Shown in pieces: positions 9,654 to 18,234 of a DNA stretch of 32,000 bases. How positions within the stretch are numbered: position 1 is the stretch's first letter; each line of letters begins with the position of its first letter. The DNA comes from Hyphomicrobiales bacterium (lineage in GTDB: Bacteria; Pseudomonadota; Alphaproteobacteria; Rhizobiales; Methyloligellaceae). The stretch is from the NCBI GenBank assembly GCA_028280515.1, contig JANQLP010000162.1, positions 58,092-90,091 on the forward strand, in the 5' to 3' direction. Below the pieces are notes generated by a model. It made no database searches. It saw nothing but the letters and a program-made list of their open reading frames with translations, and was not told where the DNA came from. The translations under genes and the position numbers were made by a program.

Positions 9654-10520
9654 ATGCTCAACCTGGTCCATGTGCGCTCCTTCATTGCCGTAACGGAATG
9701 CGGCAACTACCGCGATGCATCCCGCAGACTTGTCTGTTCCCAGCCCACGGTCTCGCAGCACATCATGAAACTTGAAGCGGCTCTCGACTCGGTACTCGTC
9801 GTGCGCGACCGGCAGCGCTGCTCGCTGACCGCCGAGGGCAAACTCTTTCTGCCTTTTGCGCGCAGCCTGCTGCGCCTCGCCGAGCGCGCTCAAAGCGTAC
9901 TTCGTGATCGTGTGCTGTCAGTTGGTGCGAGCGGCAATATCGGCACCTATCTTCTTCAGCCTTATCTGCGGTCGTTCAAGCAAACACTGGACCGGAACGT
10001 CTCTATTGATGTCTGGATCGGCACGAATCCGGAGGTCGCCGATCGTCTGGCTAATCATGAGATCGATGTCGGCATCATGGAGTGGTGGGATGATCGTCCG
10101 AATTTCACCGCGACTCAATGGCGTCAGGAACCTCTGGTAATCATCTTTCCACCCGAGCATCCCTGGCGAGCGCAGCGATCGGTCGAGATGGACCAGCTGT
10201 TCGCGACGCCGCTGATTGGCGGAGAACCGGGCAGCGGCACCGGGAGCATCATAAGGGATGTCTTTGGACCGGATACGGACAAATTGCGGGTCGAGCTTCA
10301 ACTGGGCAGCACGGAAGCTGTCAAACATGCGGTCAAGGCCGGGCTCGGCGTATCTCTGGTCATGGAAAGCGCCGTTCGGGACGAAGTCCGTGCCGGATCA
10401 TTATGTGCGCTGCCGCTCGACGGCGTCGAGATGAAGAAGAACATCTATATCGTGCAGCGCGCCGGTCAGCCCTCGATGTCGCTCGCGCCCGGATTTGCCG
10501 ATCACCTCGCCCACGCCTAA
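9654..10520 (+). CDS. ptxE: LysR-family transcriptional regulator (PtxE-like position)
   Basis: N-terminal HTH 'VRSFIAVTECGNYRDASRRLVCSQPTVSQHIMKLE'. It starts 16 nt after ptxD on the same strand, matching the ptxABCDE gene order. Confidence 0.8.
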   Translation: MLNLVHVRSFIAVTECGNYRDASRRLVCSQPTVSQHIMKLEAALDSVLVVRDRQRCSLTAEGKLFLPFARSLLRLAERAQSVLRDRVLSVGASGNIGTYLLQPYLRSFKQTLDRNVSIDVWIGTNPEVADRLANHEIDVGIMEWWDDRPNFTATQWRQEPLVIIFPPEHPWRAQRSVEMDQLFATPLIGGEPGSGTGSIIRDVFGPDTDKLRVELQLGSTEAVKHAVKAGLGVSLVMESAVRDEVRAGSLCALPLDGVEMKKNIYIVQRAGQPSMSLAPGFADHLAHA

Positions 10521-10555
10521 CATGCTATAGTGCGTTTTTGATCAGGAAGATCGTC

Positions 10556-10909
10556 ATGTCCCGCGTATCACAGTTCGCAGTTCTTGCTTCGGCGTGCATC
10601 CTGCTGAGCGCCGCCACTGCCTCAGCCGACCCGAATGCGGGAAGATACGGTTATCAGGGCGCGAGCCCTTACCCCTATCCGCCTGTCTATACGCCTCCCG
10701 CCCCGCCGCAGGTCAACGTGCCGCAAGGCTCGCCGGTCACGGTGATCGTCGCGCCGAACGCGCAAGTGGTAACCACGTCACCGTCGAATACGACGCTGCC
10801 GCCGGGCTGGGTCTGGGCACGTCCGGCCAATTGCGGCGAATACAGGTATTGGAACGGAACCGAGTGCCTCGACGCGCGCGACTATCCGCCGAACCTTGGC
10901 CCTCGCTAG
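10556..10909 (+). CDS. small secreted proline-rich hypothetical protein
   Basis: ATG 10556 gives MSRVSQFAVLASACILLSAATASA (signal peptide), then a PYPYPPVYTPPAPPQ tract and a C-terminal CGEYRYWNGTEC pair of cysteines; 117 aa. Confidence 0.55.
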   Translation: MSRVSQFAVLASACILLSAATASADPNAGRYGYQGASPYPYPPVYTPPAPPQVNVPQGSPVTVIVAPNAQVVTTSPSNTTLPPGWVWARPANCGEYRYWNGTECLDARDYPPNLGPR

Positions 10910-10988
10910 AACGCTCCTGCCGGACGGCACGACCCCAACCCGGCTGAAGGCGGACGCCACAGAAGCTGCCACAGATGCGGAGAATGAC

Positions 10989-12137
10989 ATGGGCGCTGCC
11001 CGTCCCTTCGAACTCGCGGTCCCTGACGAAACGCTGGAGAACATCCGCACCAAAGTCGCGGCTTTCCCGTGGGACGACATGCCGAAACTCGAAGGGTGGC
11101 AGTATGGCGCCAACCTCGACTACATGCGGGAGCTGTGCGCCTACTGGCTCGACGGGTTCGACTGGCGTGCCCAGGAAACCGCGATCAAACGCTTTTCGCA
11201 CTTCATTGCGCCGGCGGAGGGTTTCGACATCCATTTTATCCACGAGAAGGGCAGCGGCCCGTCCCCGCGGCCTCTGCTGATCAGCCACGGCTGGCCGGGT
11301 TCGGTCGTCGAGTTTCTGGAGATCATCGAACCGCTGGCCCATCCGGAGCGGTTCGGCGGCAGCACGGACGACGCCTTCGACGTGATTGCCCCGTCGCTGC
11401 CGGGGTTCGGCTTTTCCGGCAAGCCGGAAAGTCCCATGGGCCCCCGCGCCATCGCCCGGCACTTCGCAGCCCTGATGCGCGACGTGCTCGGCTATGACGG
11501 ATACATCGCGCAAGGCGGCGACTGGGGTGGCGCCGTTTCCGCCTGGCTCGGCTTCGACCATGCGCCCGCCTGCCGCGCGATCCACGTGAACATCATGATG
11601 ATGCGCCATCCGGACGGCCCGCAGGGCGCGGAAGAAAAGGCGTGGGCCGCGCGGTTCGCGAAGGAGCAGGAACCCGAAGCAGGCTACCGCATCCAGCAGG
11701 CAACCAAGCCGCAATCTTTAAGCTACGCGATGATGGACAGCCCCGTCGGCGTCGCCGCGTGGATCATCGAGAAGTTCAATTCATGGTCCGATACACGCGG
11801 CGGCGACATCGACAGCATCTTTACGAAAGACCGGCTGCTGACGAACATCATGGTCTATCTGGTGACCGGTACCTTCGCCACGGCAAGCTGGATCTATGCC
11901 GGCCGGCGCGCGGAAGGCGGCCGGCTGCTGTCACCCGAGGGCAAGCGCGTGGAGGTGCCCACGGCCTGCGCTCTGTTTCCCGAGGAGCTTCTGGAATGGC
12001 CGCCGCGCAGCTATGTCGAACGCGTCTACAACGTCACCCGCTGGACCGAGTTCCCGCGGGGCGGGCACTTCGCGGCCATGGAACAGCCCCAACCGCTGAT
12101 CGACGATATCCGCGCCTTCGCACGCTCTCTGCCGTAG
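10989..12137 (+). CDS. epoxide hydrolase (microsomal EH-like, alpha/beta hydrolase with N-terminal EHN domain)
   Basis: 'HGWPGS' oxyanion motif, 'GGDWGG' nucleophile elbow and an EHN-type N-terminus 'FELAVPDETLENIRTKV'. ATG 10989 has GGAG 6 nt upstream; the track ORF begins at an upstream TTG. Confidence 0.8.
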   Translation: MGAARPFELAVPDETLENIRTKVAAFPWDDMPKLEGWQYGANLDYMRELCAYWLDGFDWRAQETAIKRFSHFIAPAEGFDIHFIHEKGSGPSPRPLLISHGWPGSVVEFLEIIEPLAHPERFGGSTDDAFDVIAPSLPGFGFSGKPESPMGPRAIARHFAALMRDVLGYDGYIAQGGDWGGAVSAWLGFDHAPACRAIHVNIMMMRHPDGPQGAEEKAWAARFAKEQEPEAGYRIQQATKPQSLSYAMMDSPVGVAAWIIEKFNSWSDTRGGDIDSIFTKDRLLTNIMVYLVTGTFATASWIYAGRRAEGGRLLSPEGKRVEVPTACALFPEELLEWPPRSYVERVYNVTRWTEFPRGGHFAAMEQPQPLIDDIRAFARSLP

Positions 12138-12215
12138 GCGCGCCAAGAGCGCCTGCTCTCCGACACCATCGAGGTGCGCGGGCTTTCGTCAAGGACACGC
12201 GACGTTTTAGGGCAC

Positions 12216-12781
12216 GCCAGCAAAAGATACCCGAAATCCCGGACAAGGGCTGGCCACGGCGATATGTGTGGCGCAGCGTTCGATCCGGCGCGCGATCCGG
12301 GATCCAGCACAAAGAGGGGCGAAGGGTATATGGATTCCTGCTTTCGCAGGAATTTCAGGATGAGCGGCAGCCACAGGATTCGCGTCATCCCGGACAGTGC
12401 GCACGGTACGCGCGTCACGTGATCCGGGATCCAGCGCAAGAAGAGGCGAAGCCGCTTCTGGATTCCGGCGTTCGCCGGAATGACGAATGAAAAAACGGCC
12501 TGGCCAAAACCTGCCCCGCGCAGGCGGGCACCCGGTTATGACGGACTGAAGGTCGGACGAAACCGCGTCTACGTCATCCCGGACAAGGGCTGGCCGAGGC
12601 GATATGTATGGCACCGAGCTCGAACCGGCCCGCGATCCGGGATCCAGAATTTGGAGGCGTCGCGTGTGGCACGTCCGCTCTGGATGCCGGCCTTCGCCGG
12701 AATGACAAATGAGAAAGCAGCTTGGCTGAGCCTTCCCCCGCGCACGCGGTGACCGGAATGACGGGAGAGAAAGGCACGCAA
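12216..12781. repeat. mosaic cluster of nested palindromic intergenic repeats (REP/BIME-like, 'PAKAGIQ' type)
   Basis: Type A units (ATCCCGGAC...GATCCGGGATCCAG) lie at 12236-12307, 12384-12434 and 12573-12647. Type B units (CTGGAT(T/G)CCGGC(G/C)TTCGCCGGAATGAC(G/A)AATGA) lie at 12458-12495 and 12680-12717, with a degenerate copy at 12331-12365 and a partial copy near 12749. Confidence 0.85.
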
Positions 12782-12786
12782 ACGTT

Positions 12787-13470
12787 TTAGGGCACTTCAA
12801 GATCGACAAATCCCGCCTGCACCTCTTCGATGAACCGCCTGGTCAGATACCGGCGTTTTCGCCCGTCGGCGCCTTCGACCCCCGTGTGTACGTCGACGCC
12901 GGCCGGACGAACGGCATGGATGGCCTGACGAACGTTTGCCGTATTCAGGCCGCCTGCCAGAATGACGGGCCTGGTGGATGCCTCCACGAGCGACCGGCTG
13001 ATCTCCCAGTCGTGAACCTTGCCGGTCGCGCCGGACGCCCCGGTCTCAGGGTCAAACGTGTCGGTGATAAACGCGTCCACACTCGCTTCGTAGAGCCGGA
13101 CGTCCTTGATCAAAGCGCTCGCGTCGCCGCCGCGGACAATGAGGCTCTTGATGATCCGCAAGTCCGGTGCCTCTTGCTTCAACACTTGTATCTGCTCGAG
13201 GCTCGTCTCGCCGTGCAGCTGCACAATGTCCACCGATAGAGCATCGCAAAGCTCAAGGATGGTCTGCGCTTCGTTCGCATAGGTGATGAGGAAGAAGGTC
13301 GCCTCGTCCCGGAGTTCGGAGACAATGGCCGCGGCGGCTGCGATCGACAGATCCTCCTTGTGATAACCAAGCACAAAAGGGAATCCGAGATGCTGGACCC
13401 CGCAGTCGATCAGCAGCTGCGCCTCGGCGAGATCGATCACGCCAGCGACATGAATATGCGGTCCCGACAT
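12787..13470 (-). CDS. phosphoribosylanthranilate isomerase (TrpF) family protein, divergent paralog
   Basis: Collinear with TrpF blocks: 'VDIVQLHGE', 'FITDTFDPETGASGATGKVHDW' and 'ILAGGLNTANVRQAIHAVRPAGVDVHTGVE'. The N-terminal motif reads HVAGV instead of KICGI. Confidence 0.75.
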   Translation of the reverse strand: MSGPHIHVAGVIDLAEAQLLIDCGVQHLGFPFVLGYHKEDLSIAAAAAIVSELRDEATFFLITYANEAQTILELCDALSVDIVQLHGETSLEQIQVLKQEAPDLRIIKSLIVRGGDASALIKDVRLYEASVDAFITDTFDPETGASGATGKVHDWEISRSLVEASTRPVILAGGLNTANVRQAIHAVRPAGVDVHTGVEGADGRKRRYLTRRFIEEVQAGFVDLEVP

Positions 13471-13585
13471 TGCTCCTGCATGACCATTTCTTCTTCGAAG
13501 TGCCTAGCGTCTTTGTGTGATTGCTGCACCATCTCGATTATGATCGATTCGATGGTCGAGCCGCCGTCAAAACGGGGGGAAATCC

Positions 13586-14398
13586 GTGAGTGGTCTTGAA
13601 TTCATAAACACGACTTCGGGCTGGGCGCTCGCCTTCATGGTCATCAGCGTCGCCGTGATCTTCAGCGTCGGTCTGCAATTGTTTACGCGCTGGCGTTTTG
13701 GTGTCGATCTCGTGGAAGCGAACCACGAAGTCGCCGGCTTCAAATTCGCCGTTGTCGGCGTTGCCTACGGGGTGCTGCTCGCCTTCGTCGTTCTCAGCGT
13801 CTGGGACGAGTACGAACAAACCAGGGGTACCGTGGATGCCGAAGCTCAGCGGTTCTATAACCTCTTCAGGACCAGCTACAATTTTCCCGACGAAACGGGC
13901 ACGAAAATTCAGGATGCGCTTCTCGCATACGCGGTCGCAGTCCGCGACAAGGACTGGCCGGAGATGCAACGGGGATCTCGCGGCAGCAAATCTGCCGCGG
14001 ATGCGTATACCAAGTTGAGCTTCACGGTCGGGCAGACAAGGCCCGACGACATCCGGCTGGCGCCGAGCGTCACCCACGCATTCAATCTCCTGCAGGAAAT
14101 TGCCGACCTCAGACTGGAGCGGTTGTCCGATGTCCGCGGTCACGTGACGCCCGTCGTGTGGGCGGTCTTGTTGCTTGGGGGATTCATCACGCTCGGCTAT
14201 TGCGCGTTCTTCGCAACAAAGCACGTCGGCGCGCAAATCCTCATGACCGGCGGGCTCGCCGTGATCATCAGCTCGATCTTCTTCCTGATGCTGATACTGA
14301 ACTATCCGTTCTCCGGACCGCAGGCGCTGACATCCGCGCCAATCGACGATGCCATCAAGCGGATGCAGACGGAAACTGCGACTGCGGTCGAACGGTAA
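13586..14398 (+). CDS. membrane protein, DUF4239-like
   Basis: GTG start with GGGGGGA 5-6 nt upstream. It has two N-terminal and two C-terminal TM segments, and the C-terminal 'LNYPFSGP' resembles DUF4239 members (from memory). Confidence 0.55.
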   Translation: MSGLEFINTTSGWALAFMVISVAVIFSVGLQLFTRWRFGVDLVEANHEVAGFKFAVVGVAYGVLLAFVVLSVWDEYEQTRGTVDAEAQRFYNLFRTSYNFPDETGTKIQDALLAYAVAVRDKDWPEMQRGSRGSKSAADAYTKLSFTVGQTRPDDIRLAPSVTHAFNLLQEIADLRLERLSDVRGHVTPVVWAVLLLGGFITLGYCAFFATKHVGAQILMTGGLAVIISSIFFLMLILNYPFSGPQALTSAPIDDAIKRMQTETATAVER

Positions 14399-14505
14399 GT
14401 CTCCGGCATTGAAGCAGGCTGTGCCGGAATCCCGCACGAACGGCCCCCAACCCTAAACGGAGCGGGGGTCCCACTGCTGGGGTGATCGCACTGTCGCGGG
14501 ACGAC

Positions 14506-14569
14506 TAGAGCATCATGGGTTCAGATTGACGCGTTTCGTCGCGAAATCTGAACGCATAAAGATGCTCTA
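14506..14569. repeat. long imperfect palindrome 1 (TAGAGC-bounded)
   Basis: TAGAGCATC...GATGCTCTA outer stem (9 bp) plus GTTCAGATT...AATCTGAAC inner stem (9 bp) with a 17-nt loop. Lower GC than its surroundings. Confidence 0.65.
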
Positions 14570-14582
14570 ACGCTTCAAGATA

Positions 14583-14644
14583 TAGAGCAAATTTATCCGA
14601 TTAGGTTGAAACAGGGTGAGTCAACCTAATCGGATTTTGCTCTA
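14583..14644. terminator. long imperfect palindrome 2 (TAGAGC-bounded), probable terminator of the TRAP operon
   Basis: TAGAGCAAA(ttt)ATCCGATTAGGTTGA / TCAACCTAATCGGAT-TTTGCTCTA forms 9+15 bp stems with a 3-nt bulge. It overlaps the TAG stop of the TRAP binding-protein gene. On the minus strand it is followed by TATATCTT. Confidence 0.55.
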
Positions 14645-15676
14645 GGCGTAGCGATAGGGCCGGCCCGCCTTCTGCATGTCGTCGTTATATTTGCGGAGGA
14701 TTTTGATGACCTTCGCCTTGGTCTCGGATTCCGCGGCGATCTCGTCCCAGAACTTCACCGCCGCGGCTTCCACCGTCGCCCATTCCTCATCAGGAATGCT
14801 CGTCAGCTTGAGTTTCGTCCCGTTGACCCGCAGGTCGGCTTCGCCGCCCCAGTACCACCACTGGCGATAATAGTGGCTCTGGTCCGTGCAGACCCTGAAG
14901 AGCTCCTTCAGATTGTCCGGCAGCTCGTTCCAGCGATCGGCATTTGCAAAGAACGATCCGCACCATGCACCTGAAATGTTGTTGGTCAGGAAATAGTTGG
15001 TCACGTCCGCCCAGCCGACGGTGTAGTCCTCCGTGATGCCCGACCAGGCAATACCGTCAAGCTCTCCGGTCTGCACCGCTGTTTCAATGTCCTCCCACGG
15101 CAGCGTCACGGGAACGACGCCGAACTGGCTCAGGAAGCGGCCGGCGGTCGGGAACGTGAAGACCCGCTTGCCTTTCAGATCAGCGAGGGACCGGATCGGA
15201 TCCTTGGTGGCAAAGTGGCAAGGATCCCATGCGCCGGCGGAAATGTGCTTGACCCCCACGGCCGCATACTCCTTGTCCCAGATCTCGCCAAGGCCGTACT
15301 GATTGAACAGGACCGGCACGTCGAGCGAATAACGGCAGGCAAAAGGAAAGTAGCCGCCGAAGACGGTCACTTCCGTCGGCGAGGCCATGGAATCGTCGTC
15401 GGATTGAACCGCGTCAATAGTCCCCTTCTGCATGGCGCGGAAAAGCTCACCGGTCGGCACCAGCTGGTCGGCGAAAAAGAGCTCGATCTCCATCTGATCG
15501 CCAGCGATCTTGTTGAAACTGTCGATGGCCGGCTTGATGACGTGCGCCGCAAGGGCGGGACCGGCATAGGTCTGCAGTCGCCACTTGATCTTCGATTGAG
15601 CGATTGCGGGGGCCGCCAGCGCCGCGGCGGGTGCCGCAACGGCCGCGCCTTTGAGAAACTTGCGTCGTGTTGTCAT
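14642..15676 (-). CDS. TRAP transporter substrate-binding protein (DctP family), Tat signal
   Basis: Twin-arginine leader 'MTTRRKFLKGAAVAAPAAALAAPAIAQ'. 344 aa, immediately downstream of the TRAP permease genes. Confidence 0.85.
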   Translation of the reverse strand: MTTRRKFLKGAAVAAPAAALAAPAIAQSKIKWRLQTYAGPALAAHVIKPAIDSFNKIAGDQMEIELFFADQLVPTGELFRAMQKGTIDAVQSDDDSMASPTEVTVFGGYFPFACRYSLDVPVLFNQYGLGEIWDKEYAAVGVKHISAGAWDPCHFATKDPIRSLADLKGKRVFTFPTAGRFLSQFGVVPVTLPWEDIETAVQTGELDGIAWSGITEDYTVGWADVTNYFLTNNISGAWCGSFFANADRWNELPDNLKELFRVCTDQSHYYRQWWYWGGEADLRVNGTKLKLTSIPDEEWATVEAAAVKFWDEIAAESETKAKVIKILRKYNDDMQKAGRPYRYA

Positions 15677-15736
15677 TGGCTTTGCTTTCCTCCCTTGTAT
15701 GTCCCTGGCGGGACATGGTTGTGCTCGAAGCTCGAG

Positions 15737-17059
15737 CTATTTCCCGTAAATCAACTCTGGCAGCCAAAGTGCGATTTGCGGGAATGTCATGACGAGCGCC
15801 AGCGCCAGCACCATCACCAGAACGAAGGGTGCGATGGAACTGTAAATGTCCCTGAGCGTGATTTCAGGCGGTGCCATGGCGCGCATCAGGAACAGATTGT
15901 ACCCGAAGGGCGGCGTCATATAGGCGATCTGTGTCGTAATCGTATACAGAACGCCGTACCATATCAGGTCGAAGCCAAGCACCTTGACAAGCGGCACATA
16001 AAGCGGCGCAACGATGACCAGCATGGCGGTGTCGTCGAGAAACGTGCCCATCACGAGGAACGACAGCTGCATGAGGATAAGGATCATCCACGGGTTCAAT
16101 CCAAGCTGTTCGGTGAAAAGATCGTCGATGGCGCGCACCGCGCCAAGGCCGTCGAAAACCGCTCCGAAAGACAGCGCGGCGAGAATGATCCACATGAACA
16201 TGCAGGACACGGCGAGAGTCTGGCGCACCGAGACTTCGAACACCTCGCGTGTCATGCGCCCCTTCAGGACCGCCGCCAGAAACGCCGCCGTCGCCCCCAC
16301 CGCCGAACTCTCCACCAGGGAGGTCCAGCCGTTCACGAACGGCACCATCATGACCGCAAAGATGAACAGCGGCAGAAGCCCGGCGCGCAGCAGCCGGAGT
16401 TTCTCGCGAAAGGGGATGCTTCGTTCCGCCGGGGCCAGCGCCGGCCCGAGCTGAGGCTGGACCCGGCACCGGACATAAATGTAGATCATGAACAAGGCGG
16501 CCATCATCAATCCGGGGAACACGCCGGCGAGCCAGAGCTGACCCACCGGCTGACGCGCGATCATGGCGTAGAGCACCAGTACCACGGAGGGCGGAACGAG
16601 AATGCCGAGGGATGAACCTGCCTGGATGACGCCTGTCACCATCCGCTTGTCGTAGCCGCGCTTCAGCAGCTCCGGCAGGGCAATTGTCGCGCCTATGGCC
16701 ATGCCCGCGACAGAGAGCCCGTTCATGGCAGAAATCAGGATCATCAGACCAATTGTACCGATGGCCAGACCGCCGCGTACCGGCCCCATCCAGACATGGA
16801 ACATCCTGTAGAGATCATCGGCGATTTTCGATTCCGAAAGGACGTAGCCCATGAAGATGAACATCGGCAGCGTCAGCAGCGGATACCACTTCATGAGCTT
16901 CATGGCGGACGCGAAGGCGATGTCGGAACCACCCGTCCCCCAGAGGGCAAGGGCGGCAATGGCGCCAACCGCGCCGATGGCACCAAACACGCGCTGCCCG
17001 GTGAGCAGCATGAGCATCATCGAGGCGAACATGAAGAGGGCGATCATCTCCTGGGACAT
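15737..17059 (-). CDS. TRAP transporter large permease (DctM family)
   Basis: ATG 17059 (MSQEMIALFMFASMMLMLLTG) gives a 440-aa polytopic protein. The start overlaps the stop of the small-permease gene (TGATG). Confidence 0.85.
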   Translation of the reverse strand: MSQEMIALFMFASMMLMLLTGQRVFGAIGAVGAIAALALWGTGGSDIAFASAMKLMKWYPLLTLPMFIFMGYVLSESKIADDLYRMFHVWMGPVRGGLAIGTIGLMILISAMNGLSVAGMAIGATIALPELLKRGYDKRMVTGVIQAGSSLGILVPPSVVLVLYAMIARQPVGQLWLAGVFPGLMMAALFMIYIYVRCRVQPQLGPALAPAERSIPFREKLRLLRAGLLPLFIFAVMMVPFVNGWTSLVESSAVGATAAFLAAVLKGRMTREVFEVSVRQTLAVSCMFMWIILAALSFGAVFDGLGAVRAIDDLFTEQLGLNPWMILILMQLSFLVMGTFLDDTAMLVIVAPLYVPLVKVLGFDLIWYGVLYTITTQIAYMTPPFGYNLFLMRAMAPPEITLRDIYSSIAPFVLVMVLALALVMTFPQIALWLPELIYGK

Positions 17060-17625
17060 CACGCATCGCCCTCGCGCAGCTTGATGATGTCCTTGAGCAG
17101 CTCGGAGATCGCCTGCAGCAGCATCAGGAATATCCCGATGCACATCAGAGTCTTGATCGGCCAGAGATAGGGCCGCCACGCGGTCGGGCTGCGCTCCAGC
17201 CGGCCCGTACTTTCAGAGCCGGCGATCAACCCGGTGAGGTATTGAACCGGTTCATCGCCAAAATGGCCCAGCGAATAGGCAGTCGAGCCCAGCCCGCCAT
17301 ACAGCAACACGCCGAGATAGAAAATCAGGAACAGGACCGTGACCGCATCGAACCTGGCCTTCTTGCGGGCGGACCATTGCCCGTAGAACAGGTCCATCCG
17401 CACGTTCGACCCGAGTTGCATCGAATACGGGCCGCCCATGATGTAGTAGGCAACAAGCGCAAACTGTGCGATCTCCAGTGTCCAGAGCGAAGGCAGAAAA
17501 AAAGTCTTCGAGATCGAAGACCATAACAAGATTCCGATCATGACGAAGATGCCGTACATCATGATCCGGCCGACCCTGTAGTTCATGGCGTCGACCGCGC
17601 GAATGTATGTACGTGCGAATTTCAT
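17059..17625 (-). CDS. TRAP transporter small permease (DctQ family)
   Basis: 188 aa with 4 predicted TM segments, directly upstream of and translationally coupled to the DctM-family gene. Confidence 0.8.
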   Translation of the reverse strand: MKFARTYIRAVDAMNYRVGRIMMYGIFVMIGILLWSSISKTFFLPSLWTLEIAQFALVAYYIMGGPYSMQLGSNVRMDLFYGQWSARKKARFDAVTVLFLIFYLGVLLYGGLGSTAYSLGHFGDEPVQYLTGLIAGSESTGRLERSPTAWRPYLWPIKTLMCIGIFLMLLQAISELLKDIIKLREGDA

Positions 17626-17709
17626 GAACGCGCCCCCGCGACTTCAGAACAGCCACTCCATTTATAGGACCGTTAGATCAATAAGCCAGCCCGCATATGC
17701 GAAACAGAG

Positions 17710-18234
17710 TCACCGGTTGGCGCACCGCTCCATATCGGGTGGATCCGCGCTTTGACGGACCATTACCCAGCGGCAGCTTTCAACAATCAGTTCCCCTTCG
17801 CGACCAGGCAGTGCTTCAGTCATGAAAATGGTATCTGCGGAAAAGCTCAGACCGTCTTCCGTCGGCAGGGCCGGCAGGATGCGAACCGACTCCTGATAGT
17901 CGAAATCCGGCCGGCACGCGGTCACGTAGCCTGAAACGCGGCCATCTGCCGTGACCGCCTTCCCCGTATACAAGGATGCCTTACGGCGCTTCAGCGCGAC
18001 GTCCCCGGCCGTCCAGGTGGCGATGTGAAGCCGATCGCCGTCCTGCAGAATCCGAATGTTCAGGGAAATTTGAAATGCCGCAGGCCGGCCGTCATCCGTC
18101 CGGTCACAGGCGACGACGCCGCTATAGGAGCCGGTTAAACTGGTCTCCACGCCGTATGCCGGGACGGCCAGAAGAAACAGCGCTGCGACTGCGCCTGCGT
18201 TTTGAAACGCCCTAGCGGCTTTCCATTTGCGCAT
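17710..18234 (-). CDS. secreted hypothetical protein
   Basis: Signal peptide 'AVAALFLLAVPAYG' and four cysteines, with no recognisable domain. Its start overlaps the end of the IalB-like gene by 23 nt. Confidence 0.5.
   Translation of the reverse strand: MRKWKAARAFQNAGAVAALFLLAVPAYGVETSLTGSYSGVVACDRTDDGRPAAFQISLNIRILQDGDRLHIATWTAGDVALKRRKASLYTGKAVTADGRVSGYVTACRPDFDYQESVRILPALPTEDGLSFSADTIFMTEALPGREGELIVESCRWVMVRQSADPPDMERCANR

Noticed and set aside
10737-11714. 325-aa minus-strand ORF
   Set aside because: It is antisense to the epoxide hydrolase gene, which carries the HGWP and GGDWG motifs. The opposite-strand product is low-complexity.
12216-12781. Possible CRISPR array
   Set aside because: The repeats belong to two different families and have unequal lengths (38-75 bp). 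They are internally palindromic over their whole length and irregularly spaced, without unique equal-length spacers. There are no cas genes in the window.
12207-12809. 200-aa minus-strand ORF (and several 60-280 aa ORFs) covering the 12.2-12.8 kb region
   Set aside because: It is built entirely from the palindromic repeat units and carries the recurrent repeat-derived peptides 'IPAKAGIQ/IH' and 'HSGE(G/R)R(H/N)PE'. All frames are open here, and there is no RBS or domain signal.
13538-14437. 299-aa minus-strand ORF
   Set aside because: It is antisense to the DUF4239-like membrane protein. That + strand frame has a coherent TM topology and a good RBS, and the antisense frame does not.
15215-16615. 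466-aa + strand ORF
   Set aside because: It is antisense to the TRAP binding-protein and large-permease genes, which have clear family signatures. Its product is Arg/His/Gly-rich and low-complexity, typical of high-GC antisense frames.
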